From Geosiphon pyriformis uo1 (taxonomy: Eukaryota > Fungi > Glomeromycota), in NCBI GenBank assembly GCA_016748015.1, contig JAAOMT010000085.1, forward strand, positions 104,967 through 168,966: a DNA stretch of 64,000 nt, read 5' to 3'. This document shows positions 52,300 to 64,000 of the stretch, piece by piece (within the stretch, counting starts at the first letter, position 1; each line of letters starts with the position of its first letter). Position numbers and translations under genes: made by a program. A model generated the notes under the pieces. That model saw only the letters and a program-made list of their open reading frames with translations, had not been told where the DNA came from and searched no databases.

Positions 52300-55200
52300 T
52301 TATAGCACAATTTAATAATATATAATCTAATTTTTTATACTTTATGTACTTGGCTAAACTTAAACAAAACTAATGTAAATTGGTATTTTTTAGTATTAAC
52401 ATAATTCTCATAATAGTATTTAATAATTCAACAAATTTGAAACAAATAATTACACATCTGAATTGGGTATATATAATTAGATAATAATCAATAATACAAG
52501 TTTTTTCATTTATAAATTCAATAAAATTTCAAATATTGTGAGCATTAGTTTTAACTAATAATACATAAAGCAATATTTTATAATTTTTTATTTATATTAG
52601 TCCTAATTATATGTATTGTATTTTTTTAATCAAGATAAATTATTTAGCTACAATCAAATTAACATAATCTGATTAAACAAATTCAATTACAGCTTTCTGC
52701 TACAGCCTTATTAATTGTATTCTAATTAACTCAATTTTATTAACTTTAAATAACACAATATGTATAATCTCAACTAATGTTTCAATTAATATTTTTTTAT
52801 TATTATAGCTTAATCTAAACAGACTACTGATTTTTTGAGATTAGTATTTACAGAAATGCTTTTAGTTCTTGTCAAATTAGTTATCTGTACTAAACTAGAT
52901 TCAAAAATAAATATAGCTCTAATAAGTTTAGCAAATTTTAGGAAAGTAAATGTTTTTTTAAAACAATTGATTTTAGAAAACATTTTTTTGATTACTGTAA
53001 ACTTTTTTTAAGATAACTTCCTAACAATTTTGTCTAAACCAATATTCAAAGCAAAAGATTTTTTAATTGAAACTTAAACCAAATTCTTAAGAGAAAGAGG
53101 TAAAACTATTAATAATATTAGCCAAAACTTTACTTTTATATTTCTTTTTTGATAATATACTACTTTTAACTATTTAGTACTTATACTTTTAATTAATTTT
53201 CTTATAGTCTCAATACTACTGTTACCAGCAATTTTGTATTCAAATATAAATGGTTTAGAAGTATTAAATTAAATAGTAAATAATAAATAATAAATAATAA
53301 ATAATAGACAAAGCTTTATGACAAAAAACAAAAAACTTTTTCTTTGAATACAGCTTTTTTAAGAATTTGGAATGAACAAGAAAAGATTTTTGTTATTTAA
53401 TAAGATTTTGATTATAAAATTAGTAGTTTTTTTTAAATATTAAATTTAAAAAAAAATTTGTAATTAAAAAACATTAAAATTTTTAAATAAGTTTTCTTTT
53501 GTAATTTTAATTTAGTTTAATTTAGATGATTAATTATATGTAAAATTACAATTATTTATAAGATTTTTGAGTTTTATATTATAATTAATACTTTATTAAA
53601 ACATTATAAAAAATTAATATTTAATAAAAATTATATACTAATAAAAAACTTTTAAAGTTACTGTTTTTTGGTTTTTTAATATAATTTTTAAATTAAAATT
53701 AAATTTTTTAAAATTTTAATTGTTTTAGTTCTAATTAATTAATTAATTGTTTAGTTTATTAATTTTTTAAAAATTTTGGTTTTTTTGTTAACTATAAAAA
53801 AATTTTGATTTAATAGTACAAGACCAATTTTTTTTAAAAAAAAAACAAATTAGTAGTGTTATTAATCTGATTGTTAATATATATAAAAACTTTGTTAATT
53901 TTATAAGTAAATTCAAAAATATATTGATGTTAATCTTTTAAATAATAAAATTATAAATTATAAAATAATTTTTACTGTAAGTAAAAACATATTTGCTTAT
54001 TTAATAGGTATTTAAAACTTGTAAAATTTATTAATTAAAAATAGTAAAATTATAAATAAGTTATATTATAAAAAATATAAATTATTTAAATTATTGTATT
54101 AGCAAAATAAAAGCACAAAATTTGTTTTTTGTCTAATATAAAGTAGTTTTGATTAATTTAAGTGGCTAATTCTATATTATTAATAGTGTAATTTATATTT
54201 AATGTACAATAATTATAATTGTATAATAATAATTGGTGATTGAATTATAGTTGTTAAGCATAAAATAATCTACTAAATTGTTTAATATTAAGCAAAAAAA
54301 AAATTATATTAATTGCTTTTTTATTGTTAAAGTAAATAAAAATTAATAATTGGGTTTAAAATTTTTTAAAATATACAATTAAATTATTTTATTGATTAGT
54401 AAATAATAAAATAAAGAATATATTATTTTACATAAATAAAATTAATTCGAATGGCCGGTTAAGTATTAAAACTGCATGATTTACGTTTATAATTGTCTTG
54501 TTATGTCTAGAATAGATAGTAAAAGGACCTTACTTTGTTATAATAATTTAAAAAAACAAAAACAAAAATTTAATTTGTTGCTAATTGTAATTTATTCAAT
54601 TAAAATTTGTTTTAGTTAGTGTTATTTTTTTTTAATTTCTTAAGTTTTACTTGAAATTTAAATTGATATGTGTATAATTAATTAATTGACATATTGCATT
54701 TATATTTATAAATATTCTGAAATTTTCAATAATAATAACAAAATTATTATATTTTAATAATACTTTTGGCTTTGAATTTTAATTGATAACAATATATGTT
54801 TTTGATAATAAAGTTTAACGAAAATTTAATGCAAATAAAATAAAAATTTATCAAGCAATTTAATAAGTTACAATTAAAATTTAGCAATAGTAATCATTTA
54901 TTTTATAATTTAACTATCTATTAAAATATTTGGCAACATATATAATTCAATTAAAATCACAGTTGTGAAATTTAAAATTTTTAATTAATTTTTTTTTTAT
55001 AATAAAACATCAACATAATTATTATTTAAAAATTTTCGATTTCATTTTAACATATTAAACAGTGTGTGTTATGGCATTTTTTTAACCATTTTTGAACAAT
55101 TATAACAACAATAATAACAACAACTGCAATAATAATAAGAAGTGTTTTCCTTATAAACACTTCATTTATAAAAATATGTGCTTTTTTTGGTTTTAATAAA

Positions 55201-55535
55201 ACAATTAATTTTTGATTTTATTTAATAGATAAGTTTTACCTAAATCTGTTTAATCCTTGAAATTTTTTGACTAAATTTATGCGAACTTTAAAATCTGGGA
55301 AAGTTAGGCAACTGTTGTCACGTTAAAATGCGAGTAAATGAAAGATCAAAAACAGAAAGCAATTGGTGAATTTATGTAATATATTCGTAACTGCAAAAGG
55401 TTATCTGCAAAAATTTGACAAATATCACAGAAATACTGCCTTTGATGAAGAGATTATCAAATGGCTATAAAAATCGCCAAAATCTAACAAAAGAGGAAAG
55501 TGCATGCATCCCGGGGAATTTCAAAGATAATCTTG

Positions 55536-57932
55536 TTAATATCTATTTCGTGACAATTTCTCGAAGTATTTATTCTTAATATTGTTTATTGGTCTTAAAT
55601 GAGGGTGATTGTAATGATTAGAAATTTCTTTAGACTGATTTCTCCGAGGATATGATGACTGAGTTGATTTATAATGATGCACTAGTCTCGGCAGTTGGCG
55701 CTTCATTACATTAGATTGTTGATAATGAAGACGTCTAGGATCATCTTGAAAAGATCTTTTGGAATTTTCTATAGAAAGGGAGTTTACTGATTCATGGATA
55801 GTTATCGGTTTGACGATTTCGCCACGTCCTAAGGCTTTCAACTGTTCAGTGATTAACGCAGAAGTCGCTCTGTCAATAACTTGAAATACATTTTGTATAT
55901 CCAGACCATCAGGTTTGTGATTCAATTCCAACATTTCATTCCAAAGTTTCAATACCAAGACTGTGTCAAGGTTTTTAGAGCAAATCTCTATTAATGCTGA
56001 TAAAGTAAGCCGGGTTGGTTCCAAAAAATTTTGTTTCATTTGTAAATACCAACGTACAGCATCTGAACCTTTTTTGGCTCCACAATAACCGATAATAATG
56101 GCCTGATAGATTTCATTGTTCTCAGTTAGATGATATTTGTCACGCATTTCTCGTAAATATTTTTTCAAAGTGACATCACTTCGATGTTGTGCCCCGATAT
56201 AAAGGATTATTTTGAAGGTTATGAGGTCTGCCAAGACTCCTTTATCTTGCATTTTTCGGTAAATTGTTTCGACTAATTCAAAATCACCAAACCGGGAAGC
56301 AACCTGAATTATTTCGTTCAACGTAACGGTATTTAGTGTGACATCATCTTTTATCATCAAATCTATGAGTTCCGTGACGCCATGCAAGCTTTTCATCATT
56401 AAACCAGCTCTAATAAGGGCCGAATAGATATAGATATCTGGCTTTATGCCTTCCTCCCTCATGGCCTTATACAATTCCATGGATTGTTCGATATCTTGAT
56501 TTTTTATATGAGCCTCGATGAGCATTGTGTAGGTTTTGATATTAGCAGAGTATCCATTCTCACGCATATCTTGAAAAATTTTAAAAGCCTGGATCCAATC
56601 TGAGCCTCTGATAGCCTGACATATCAACCCGTTATAATCATTAACTGTCATATCTCTATTGGTTCGTTTCAATAATTTCAAAGCATTCAAGTTTTTAATA
56701 TCAACAGCTGCCAAAGTGTATCCATCTGGCTTTATATTGTAATCTTTCATTTGATGAAAAAGTTCCATGGCTTTCTCCTTTGCGCCACATTTTGACATGC
56801 CTCTTATTAGGATGTTATAGGTTGTAACTGTTGGTGTAATTCCTGTGCTCTTCATCTTTTCAAACAACAATAATGCTGGTTTAAAATTGGGGGCTAGTGC
56901 CTTTACATTAATTTGAATAATGGCATTAAATGCTATTTCATCGTAGCCTAACCCATCAGTCTCAAACTTTTGAAAAATTTCCATTGCTTTCTCTACTGAT
57001 GCTTTTTTTCCGATTTTTATTGTATTGATGGTGTAAGCTTCAATCATTGCCATATAAGTTCTCTTGGTTCTTTTTATATTTTTATCTACCATTGAGTCAT
57101 AAATTCTAATAACATCATCGAGCATTCCAAATCTTCCGTGAGCAGAAATCATTGTATTATAAGTGACTGTATCTGCCCTAATACCCAGGGCCTCCATGTA
57201 GTTGAATTGCTTCTTGCAAGATTCCAAATCTTTTAATTGCACATACATTGACAACATAATGTTGCAGACCCAGGTATTTGGTATTTGACCTGCTCTTGAC
57301 TCAATATCGTTATAGATTTTAATCATGATTTTGCTAACATTCGGCCTCCGAAGTTCCTTCTTAAGCGTCGTGAGCATTTGAATTATCTCTGTTTGGTCAA
57401 GTTGTTTTAATTCCTCGTCCGTTAAGTTATTATAACAAGTCCAAATGTCCATTACTGGATCTTTGTGACCCTCAATCCATGGGGCTTTGTCTTCAATTTC
57501 TGAAGACTTAGAGGCCAAAGCGTTTTGATCATATCCTAAGGGATTACCTCTAAGTTGGACTAAGGGTTTTCGATCAATGTTTTGGTCAAAATATCCAATA
57601 TTTTCTCCTACAAGTCTTTTTCCCTTACTTGAATCTGCTAACCGATGACTGTCTGAAGTCATAGATTGGGAAAACGCGTCATCTTGGGAGGAATTCTGTG
57701 ATAATTCAAAAGTCTCGGACTTATTGATTGACAGATACGGGTTCCTACTTTGAACGAATGTGCTATATTTACCTGAAAGATAAATATACTTTTGATCTTT
57801 TGCTGATTTTTTATACGAGCATTTTTCTTTATTCAAAAGACTTTGGTAAAAATGAGTTTTGGTGTGAAATCTAAATTGGCGGGGTACGGTTGAAATGGTT
57901 TTGGAAAAACATTCTCGAAATAAGAGAACCAT
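55536..57932 (-). CDS. Pentatricopeptide repeat (PPR) protein, ~798 aa, probably mitochondrial
   Basis: Single long ORF with tandem 35-aa PPR motifs (VTYNTMISAHGRFG, TTYNILIRGMSKCG, KTYTMLIEAHIKNQ). First ATG at 57932 gives a basic, presequence-like N-terminus. Confidence 0.93.
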   Translation of the reverse strand: MVLLFRECFSKTISTVPRQFRFHTKTHFYQSLLNKEKCSYKKSAKDQKYIYLSGKYSTFVQSRNPYLSINKSETFELSQNSSQDDAFSQSMTSDSHRLADSSKGKRLVGENIGYFDQNIDRKPLVQLRGNPLGYDQNALASKSSEIEDKAPWIEGHKDPVMDIWTCYNNLTDEELKQLDQTEIIQMLTTLKKELRRPNVSKIMIKIYNDIESRAGQIPNTWVCNIMLSMYVQLKDLESCKKQFNYMEALGIRADTVTYNTMISAHGRFGMLDDVIRIYDSMVDKNIKRTKRTYMAMIEAYTINTIKIGKKASVEKAMEIFQKFETDGLGYDEIAFNAIIQINVKALAPNFKPALLLFEKMKSTGITPTVTTYNILIRGMSKCGAKEKAMELFHQMKDYNIKPDGYTLAAVDIKNLNALKLLKRTNRDMTVNDYNGLICQAIRGSDWIQAFKIFQDMRENGYSANIKTYTMLIEAHIKNQDIEQSMELYKAMREEGIKPDIYIYSALIRAGLMMKSLHGVTELIDLMIKDDVTLNTVTLNEIIQVASRFGDFELVETIYRKMQDKGVLADLITFKIILYIGAQHRSDVTLKKYLREMRDKYHLTENNEIYQAIIIGYCGAKKGSDAVRWYLQMKQNFLEPTRLTLSALIEICSKNLDTVLVLKLWNEMLELNHKPDGLDIQNVFQVIDRATSALITEQLKALGRGEIVKPITIHESVNSLSIENSKRSFQDDPRRLHYQQSNVMKRQLPRLVHHYKSTQSSYPRRNQSKEISNHYNHPHLRPINNIKNKYFEKLSRNRY

Positions 57933-58219
57933 TTCAGAAAGGTAAAGCCAATAATGCAAAAATTTGAGTCACGGAATTCAATCAAATATCACATGACCAA
58001 GTTTTTTGGTGAATTATTCTACTAAACATGTAAATAATTATTTTCCCCTCAACAGCTAGTCTGTCAGAGAAGTTCCGCTTTTTAATATCCCTTTCAAACT
58101 AACTTTTGGGGTTAGCCTTTGATAAATAACATAAGGATAGATCGCGGGCGAATCATCTATCAAAGTTCTACTGTTTCTATTTAGTAAAAAAGAAATTCGT
58201 ACATTTGAGAGGAATTACC
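57933..58219. promoter_or_regulatory. Likely bidirectional promoter between the PPR and transporter genes
   Basis: Divergent start codons only 287 bp apart. Confidence 0.5.
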
Positions 58220-59551
58220 ATGGTGTCTCCTGACGAGAAATCTGATGAAAAGAACTTACTTCCACCACCTGCTTCATCCGCAGCTGCGTATGCGCAACTG
58301 CAAAAGCAGCACTCGGGTACCATTATATTAGCGGTGGTGGGTTTCTACTGGGCTGCTTCTTTAGCCGTTGTATTTTTGAATAAATTTATTTTGAGTAGTC
58401 CAGAATACAGCTTTCCTTATCCTTTGTTTGTTACATGGTTTCAATTTGTTGTTGCTTTTGTCATCCTTGTGGTTTGGGGCTCTGCTGGACGAAGGTATTT
58501 AAATTATACTGTATTGTTGTCGAGAATCTTGAAAATCATTTTCAGTATAATTTTCTTTTAGATCCAAATCTTTTTCCCTTATACCACCTTTCGAGTTCGA
58601 TTTAAAAATTGCCCGCAAAGTTATGCCCCTAACCTTTATTTATGTAATGATGATAGCCTTTAATAATTTGTGTCTTGAATTCGTCGAGGTTACATTCTAT
58701 CAGGTTCGTACTAAATTTTTTGATGGAGATTTTAGTTTTTTATCTTTCATCTACTTTTGACCTTAGGCTCAATCAACCTTTTCAACTTTAGGTGGCTCGT
58801 TCTCTTTCGATAATATTCAATATCATCTTTACTTATACTCTCCTTGGCGCAAAAACATCTTTTCCTGCTTTGTTAGCTTGTGGTGTAGTTTTCCTTGGCT
58901 TTGTGATTGGGTCCTATGGTGAGATTAATTTCTCATGGCAGGGCATAATTTATGGTGTTACTTCTAGTGCCTTTGTTGCATTATACGGGATTTATGTCAA
59001 AAAAACACTTCCGATATTAGAGAATAATCAATGGTATGTCAATTTGTTTTGCAAAATTGAAAATTTTTCAAAATTCGAACATTCTAATAAATGTTCCTTT
59101 GGTCAGGCGCCTTCTTCACTATAATACCACACTTTCAATTATTTTACTTTTACCTATGGTTATATTTTCTGGAGAGTTAGAAAAAATATATTTGGATGCC
59201 TACTTCATAGATGAAGTAGGCTTCTGGATTATAATGATATTTACTGGGATAAGCGGCTTCGTAATCAATATTGCGATGTTTTTGCAAATTAAATTTACAA
59301 CACCGTTAACAAGCACAATCTCTGGTACCGCTAAAAGTTGTTTCCAAACTGGTCTCGCTGCTTGGTACTTCCAAAATCCGATTTCCGTCATGGTGAGTTT
59401 GGTCTACATTCATTCTTAGTTTTCATGTTTTTAACTTTACTAATATAATTTTCTCTATGCCAACTAAAAGAATGGGCTTGGCATTATTCTTGCCCTCTTT
59501 GGATCTGGCTTATATTCGTGGGTTCGATATAAAGAAATGCTCCGCAGATAG
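58220..59551 (+). CDS. Nucleotide-sugar transporter, GDP-fucose transporter (SLC35C1/FUCT1)-like, 341 aa
   Basis: Exons 58220-58494, 58562-58703, 58792-59033, 59107-59392, 59471-59551 (all GT-AG, frame kept). Motifs VFLNKFIL, PLFVTWFQ, FNNLCL..V.V.FYQVARSL, QIKFTTPLT..ISGTAKSC.QT. Confidence 0.88.
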
Positions 59552-59861
59552 ATCAACCTGATAGATTTCTCTATATACTTTGATTTTTCTCGAATCTCCA
59601 TATAAACCGCCTTCGAAAATAGTACCAAACAATATATGAGCATTCAAATTATTTCTGTACAGAAAATGCTATTATTCAAGATCTAAATAGACTACCATTA
59701 AATATAAAGCGATTTCACTCAAATAATTATGCCATTGTACTTGTCAAGAAATAACTCATAAATTTTTCGATAACAGAATTACAGAGAGGATTCCGCAGTA
59801 TTACGGATAGTAATAATTTTTATACAAATTTTATAAAAATGCAATCTTATATGACTTTTCA

Positions 59862-59933
59862 GCCTCTTTGGCCCAGTGGTAAGGCGTCGCTCTCGTAAAG
59901 CGAAGATCGGTGGTTCGAATCCGCCAAGGGGCT
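59862..59933 (+). tRNA. tRNA-Thr(CGT)
   Basis: Acceptor GCCTCTT/AAGGGGC, anticodon arm TCGCT-CTCGTAA-AGCGA, T-loop GGTTCGAATCC, no intron, T4 run just downstream. Confidence 0.96.
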
Positions 59934-60047
59934 AATTTTAGATTATAATTTTATCCAACCAGATTAAAAATTCTTAAAAATTATTGATTCTATTTATTTA
60001 TTTACTTAGGCTCGAGAAAAAAGTTGTTTGAAGTTTTTTAATCAATC

Positions 60048-62710
60048 ATGGCTCTTTACAACTTTAAACGTATTCAACCCGTTCCGGCGGCCAGTGATTT
60101 CTTAGATATTGTTCTTTCGAAAACGCAGCGAAAGACCCCAACTGTCATTCATAAAAATTACAAGATTGGAAGAATTAGGCACTTTTATATGCGTAAAGTC
60201 AAGTTTACCCAAGATACTTTCGAAGAAAAGTTTAAAGCAATCTTGGAAGAGTTTCCAAAGCTTGATGTAAAAGGAATTATTTTGTTGTTTGACTCTCTTG
60301 CTTCAATTTTCAAGAATCCTGCAACACAAACATTCTTCATGGCTACGAAATTTATGGCGCGATATTAAACCATTTAACGAAGCATTCAATTTAAAACCAG
60401 GATATTCACCCTTTCTACGCCGATCTAATGAATGTGTTATATGATAAAGATCATTATAAACTTGCTTTGGGTCAATTAAATACCGCACGTCATCTTATCG
60501 ATCAAGTTGCCAAAGAATATGTTCGTCTACTAAAGTTTGGTGATTCGCTGTATCGATGCAAGCAGCTAAAAAAGGCAGCCCTTGGCAGGTGTGTGAAGTT
60601 TACGTTCTTCAAATTGTTTATCTTTACTATTAATCATTTCACGCATCTTATGTGAGCTTCAATAAATTTAGAATGGCAACTATAATGCGACGTCAAAAAG
60701 ATAGTTTAGCCTACCTTGAACAAGTGCGGCAGCATTTGTCGCGCCTTCCCTCTATTGATCCAAATACAAGGACTCTCTTGATCTGTGGTTATCCCAATGT
60801 TGGCAAATCAAGCTTCATGAATAAGATTACACGAGCCGATGTTGATGTGCAACCATATGCATTCACAACAAAATCGTTATTTGTCGGTCACATGGACTAT
60901 AAATATCTCAGATGGCAGGTCGGTAGATTTGACGTGATTGCAACCAATTATAATATACCAGTTTGACCCCTTTTCAGGTCATAGATACACCTGGTATTTT
61001 GGATCATCCATTGGAACAAATGAATACAATTGAGATGCAATCGGTGACAGCTCTTGCTCATCTCCGTGCTTGTATCCTGTTTTTCATGGATCTATCGGAA
61101 CAGTGTGGTTACAGTGTTGAAGATCAGGTCAGTTTTAAATCTTTGGATTGTATTTTATCGCTTTGGTTTACCAATTAATAACATGCCTTCGGTTTGATAT
61201 GGTAAAAAGATCAAATTATATCATAATATCAAGCCTCTTTTTGCCAACAAACCCACATTCATTATGATCAATAAAATCGACGTGGTAGGCCTTGTAGACT
61301 TGCCTATCGAACAGCAGACCATGCTGAAAGAAATATCTGAAAAGGAAGGTGTTCAGATAGTTCAATTGAGCTGTTTCACTGATAGCGGAGTAATGGATGC
61401 ACGAAATTTAGTAAGTTGACCGAATAACATTAATCGTTTTTTGATAAGATTTGGACTTTGGGACGTTCATTAAAAATAAATTTTTACAGGCATGTGACAA
61501 ATTGTTAGCAGCACGTGTCGAGGTGAAGTTGAAGGGACACAAGATAAACGATATTATCAATAAAATCCATCTTGCAGAACCCCAATCACGTGATAATGTA
61601 CCGCGTCCACCTATAATTCCTGAAAAAGTAATTGGACGTCCATTGTTCAATTTCAATGATCCTCAAAGAGCAAGGTTAGAAAGAGACCTAGAAACAGAGG
61701 GTGGCGGCCCTGGTGTATTCAATGTGGATCTGAAAAGTAAGTTTTTTTCTTAAACAGTGTATCAATGTTTTAGATTTGTCACATTAGAGACAGTGGATTA
61801 ATGCTTTTATTTCTCAGAGTTATATCTATTCAAAGACCCTGATTGGAAGTATGATACAATCCCGGAAATTGTTGACGGAAGAAATATTGCCGATTTCATA
61901 GATCCTGATATTCAAGAGAAGTTGGAAAATCTTGAGCGGGAAGAAGAGAAATTAGCTGCAGAAGGATTTTATGATTCAGCCGAAGAAACAGTCAGTAATT
62001 TTATTAATGGGGAATTGGTAATACTTTGACACACTATTGAAGATAATTACCTTTTGCAATCTTAATTTTTAGTATAATTCAGAGGAGGAAGAGTTGCGAA
62101 ATGTGGCAAATGCGATTAAAGAGAAAAAGAAATTGATGGTTCAAGTGCACAGAGCTCGTAAGATGATGAAGAATCGGCCAATTATGCCCAGAACAGCACA
62201 AACTAAGGTGAAATCCAAAGTTTAGTCAATTCTTAGTTTTTACTTTTGGAACTTCTTTTGAAACTTGATCCTTTCAGACAATTGAAGAAATGGAAAAGCA
62301 GCTGGGCGAACTCGGTCTTGATACTAGCGCTGCACGTTCACGAAGCTTAACAAGAAAACGAAAACGGAACGATATAGAAGACGATAGTATGGATATTGAC
62401 CGATCACCTAGTGTAACAAGACGTATTCCGAGCGTGTCACGTGATCGCAGTAGATTAGGGCTTTCTAACGAAGCTGTAAGCAAATCCATAGTTTAGTGTT
62501 GAAATTGGTTTCACAATTTAATAGCTCTAATAACGCGTATTACATTTTTTCCTTTAGCAAAAACAGCAAACTGAAAAGATTAAGAAATTTGCTCAACGTC
62601 GACCCAATATGTTCGCGAAGGTCGGCGAGTCAGATCGTAGTATACAAGCCAAGCGCCCCAAACATTTATTCAGCAAAAAGAGTACTATAGGGAAAAAAGA
62701 CTGGCGTTGA
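60048..62710 (+). CDS. NOG1: Nucleolar GTP-binding protein 1 (60S biogenesis GTPase), 636 aa, 10 exons
   Basis: Exons 60048-60266, 60401-60588, 60672-60918, 60978-61127, 61210-61410, 61490-61736, 61818-61990, 62073-62207, 62278-62475, 62558-62710. Motifs [34 protein letters not shown]-terminal PKHLFS. Confidence 0.98.
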
Positions 62711-62941
62711 TTGGAAGACTTCGGATCTTCTAAGCCAAGATAATATAATAAGTAACCATCACTACATTTTTTTCATTTTTCATGACACTCTTTAGCAATA
62801 TGCTAAATATAAATTTATAACAAGTATATTAGTCATTTTTAAGTGACAAATATCAGATGAGATCCTTAATATCACATGTTTGTCGATATGTAGATTCTTA
62901 TTAAATTTCTTTCATTGAACTTCAATTGTAACTACAGCAAC

Positions 62942-63795
62942 ATGATAAACAAAAATTTTTTAATTAGCACTCTCCTAACTCCTTTAAAGAAAATTAAACC
63001 ACAAAACAAGTCGTTAGCTGGGTCAACCAAAAGAGAATCCTTTTGTAAACCACGGTCATTTCAAACTTCACTAATAAAACGAGAATCAGATAAAGGTCCT
63101 CGAACCCCCAATATATACAATGAAAAACCACCGAAATCCAACACAATAGTCCCAATGCCTCTGGCGTCAGCCTTTCGTAATATGTTTGATGATTCTGCTA
63201 TTCGTTCTATGATCACAATAAAAGTTATAAAACAGAACGGTTTTGTGACTTCCAATGGAGTACATCTACGAGGACCTGTTATCTTATTGAATGGTGAGGT
63301 TTTTCTATGGGATGTGCCTCAAAGTAATATTACTGATTCCATTTCCCATTTTGATGCATGGGAACCCAAACTGTTAAAAATCTTTGATGTTGTGATGCCA
63401 AAACCTGGTAATATACCTTTTTTAATACACAGCGAGTCTGAATTTATAAGGGGGGTTCTCTCAAAATCTTTGGGTTTTTTTCAGAAATATTGATTTTTGG
63501 AACGGGCAAATATTTTTTACCAATCCCATCATTCCTTCGAGATCATATCCACAAGCTCGGGATGCAAATAGATATAATGGATACAGTGAGTTTAAATTGT
63601 TTTTTTGCAAATCATATCACATTTTCATAATGGTTTGTCCGTATAAAAATTGAACAAATAATAATCTGTGAATTGGATTATTTTTCTTTTCAGAATAACG
63701 CTGTTTCCACTTTTCGATTTTTATCAGAAGAAGGAAGACGGGCTGCTGCCGCATTGTTACCCTTGAAACCTACCAGTCCAAGGTTTGAAAAATAA
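62942..63795 (+). CDS. NDUFAF3: Mth938-domain protein, complex I assembly factor 3-like, 222 aa
   Basis: Exons 62942-63407, 63485-63585, 63694-63795. Motifs GPVILL..FLW, PKPEILIFGTG, MDTNNAVSTF..LSEEGRRAAAALLP; basic N-terminal presequence. Confidence 0.88.
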
Positions 63796-64000
63796 TCTAA
63801 AATGGAGACTTTTGGAATATGGTACACTATTTTTCTTTAGAAACTGGGTTGCTGATTAGTTTCTTGAAGTGAGATTTTTGCAATAAATGATTTGTTGCAC
63901 ATTGAATTAGTTTTTCGAAATAAAAAATCATCACCAATGCTCATTTCGAATTTGTTGAATTTTGAATTTTTATATTTTGGCAAAAATTGAATTTACAAAA

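Larger units (their letters stand above)
43394..53340 (-). mobile_element. LINE copy 4, heavily eroded, interrupted by three inserts
   Basis: T-run from 43394 with the reverse-complement tail. ORF2 remnants (KLLDHVF; TYLIKT|LYR*LLV split by an insert), ORF1/ORF2 junction at ~50705, ORF1 remnants KSRLAVIY (~51210), LLYVLLVKTNAHNI (~52550), KSFALNIGLDK (~53050). 5' end approximate. Confidence 0.85.

Noticed and set aside
53350-54440. Possible further transposon remnant
   Set aside because: Too eroded to assign to any family by eye.
57933-57959. Upstream start of the PPR ORF given by the ORF track
   Set aside because: It is a TTG; the first ATG is at 57932.

Overview
Eukaryotic (fungal) genomic DNA, very AT-rich. 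Gene content (short GT-AG introns, a GDP-fucose transporter-like gene) and the repeat families suggest Mucoromycota/Glomeromycotina. The LINE proteins resemble a family I recall from Geosiphon pyriformis, which is unverified. About 50 kb are two blocks of nested, decayed retroelements (1-31.2 kb and 35.6-54.4 kb): at least five copies or remnants of an RNase H-bearing LINE, two copies of an ORF1-only element sharing the LINE 3' tail, one full-length Ty3/Gypsy element, one RT-less RNaseH-integrase element, and five TGTTA...TAACA inserts with 4-bp target-site duplications. The repeats show heavy C>T/G>A erosion and CpG loss; the gene islands do not. Host genes: an orphan membrane protein (32.3-33.9 kb) and a compact cluster at 55.5-63.8 kb (PPR protein, SLC35C1-like transporter, tRNA-Thr(CGT), NOG1, NDUFAF3-like). 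Best novelty candidates: (1) the ORF1-only 'half-LINE' family and its partner LINE, (2) repeat-restricted C>T hypermutation with an apparent TpC bias, (3) the RT-less RNaseH-integrase element. All alignments were by eye; boundaries in decayed regions are approximate.
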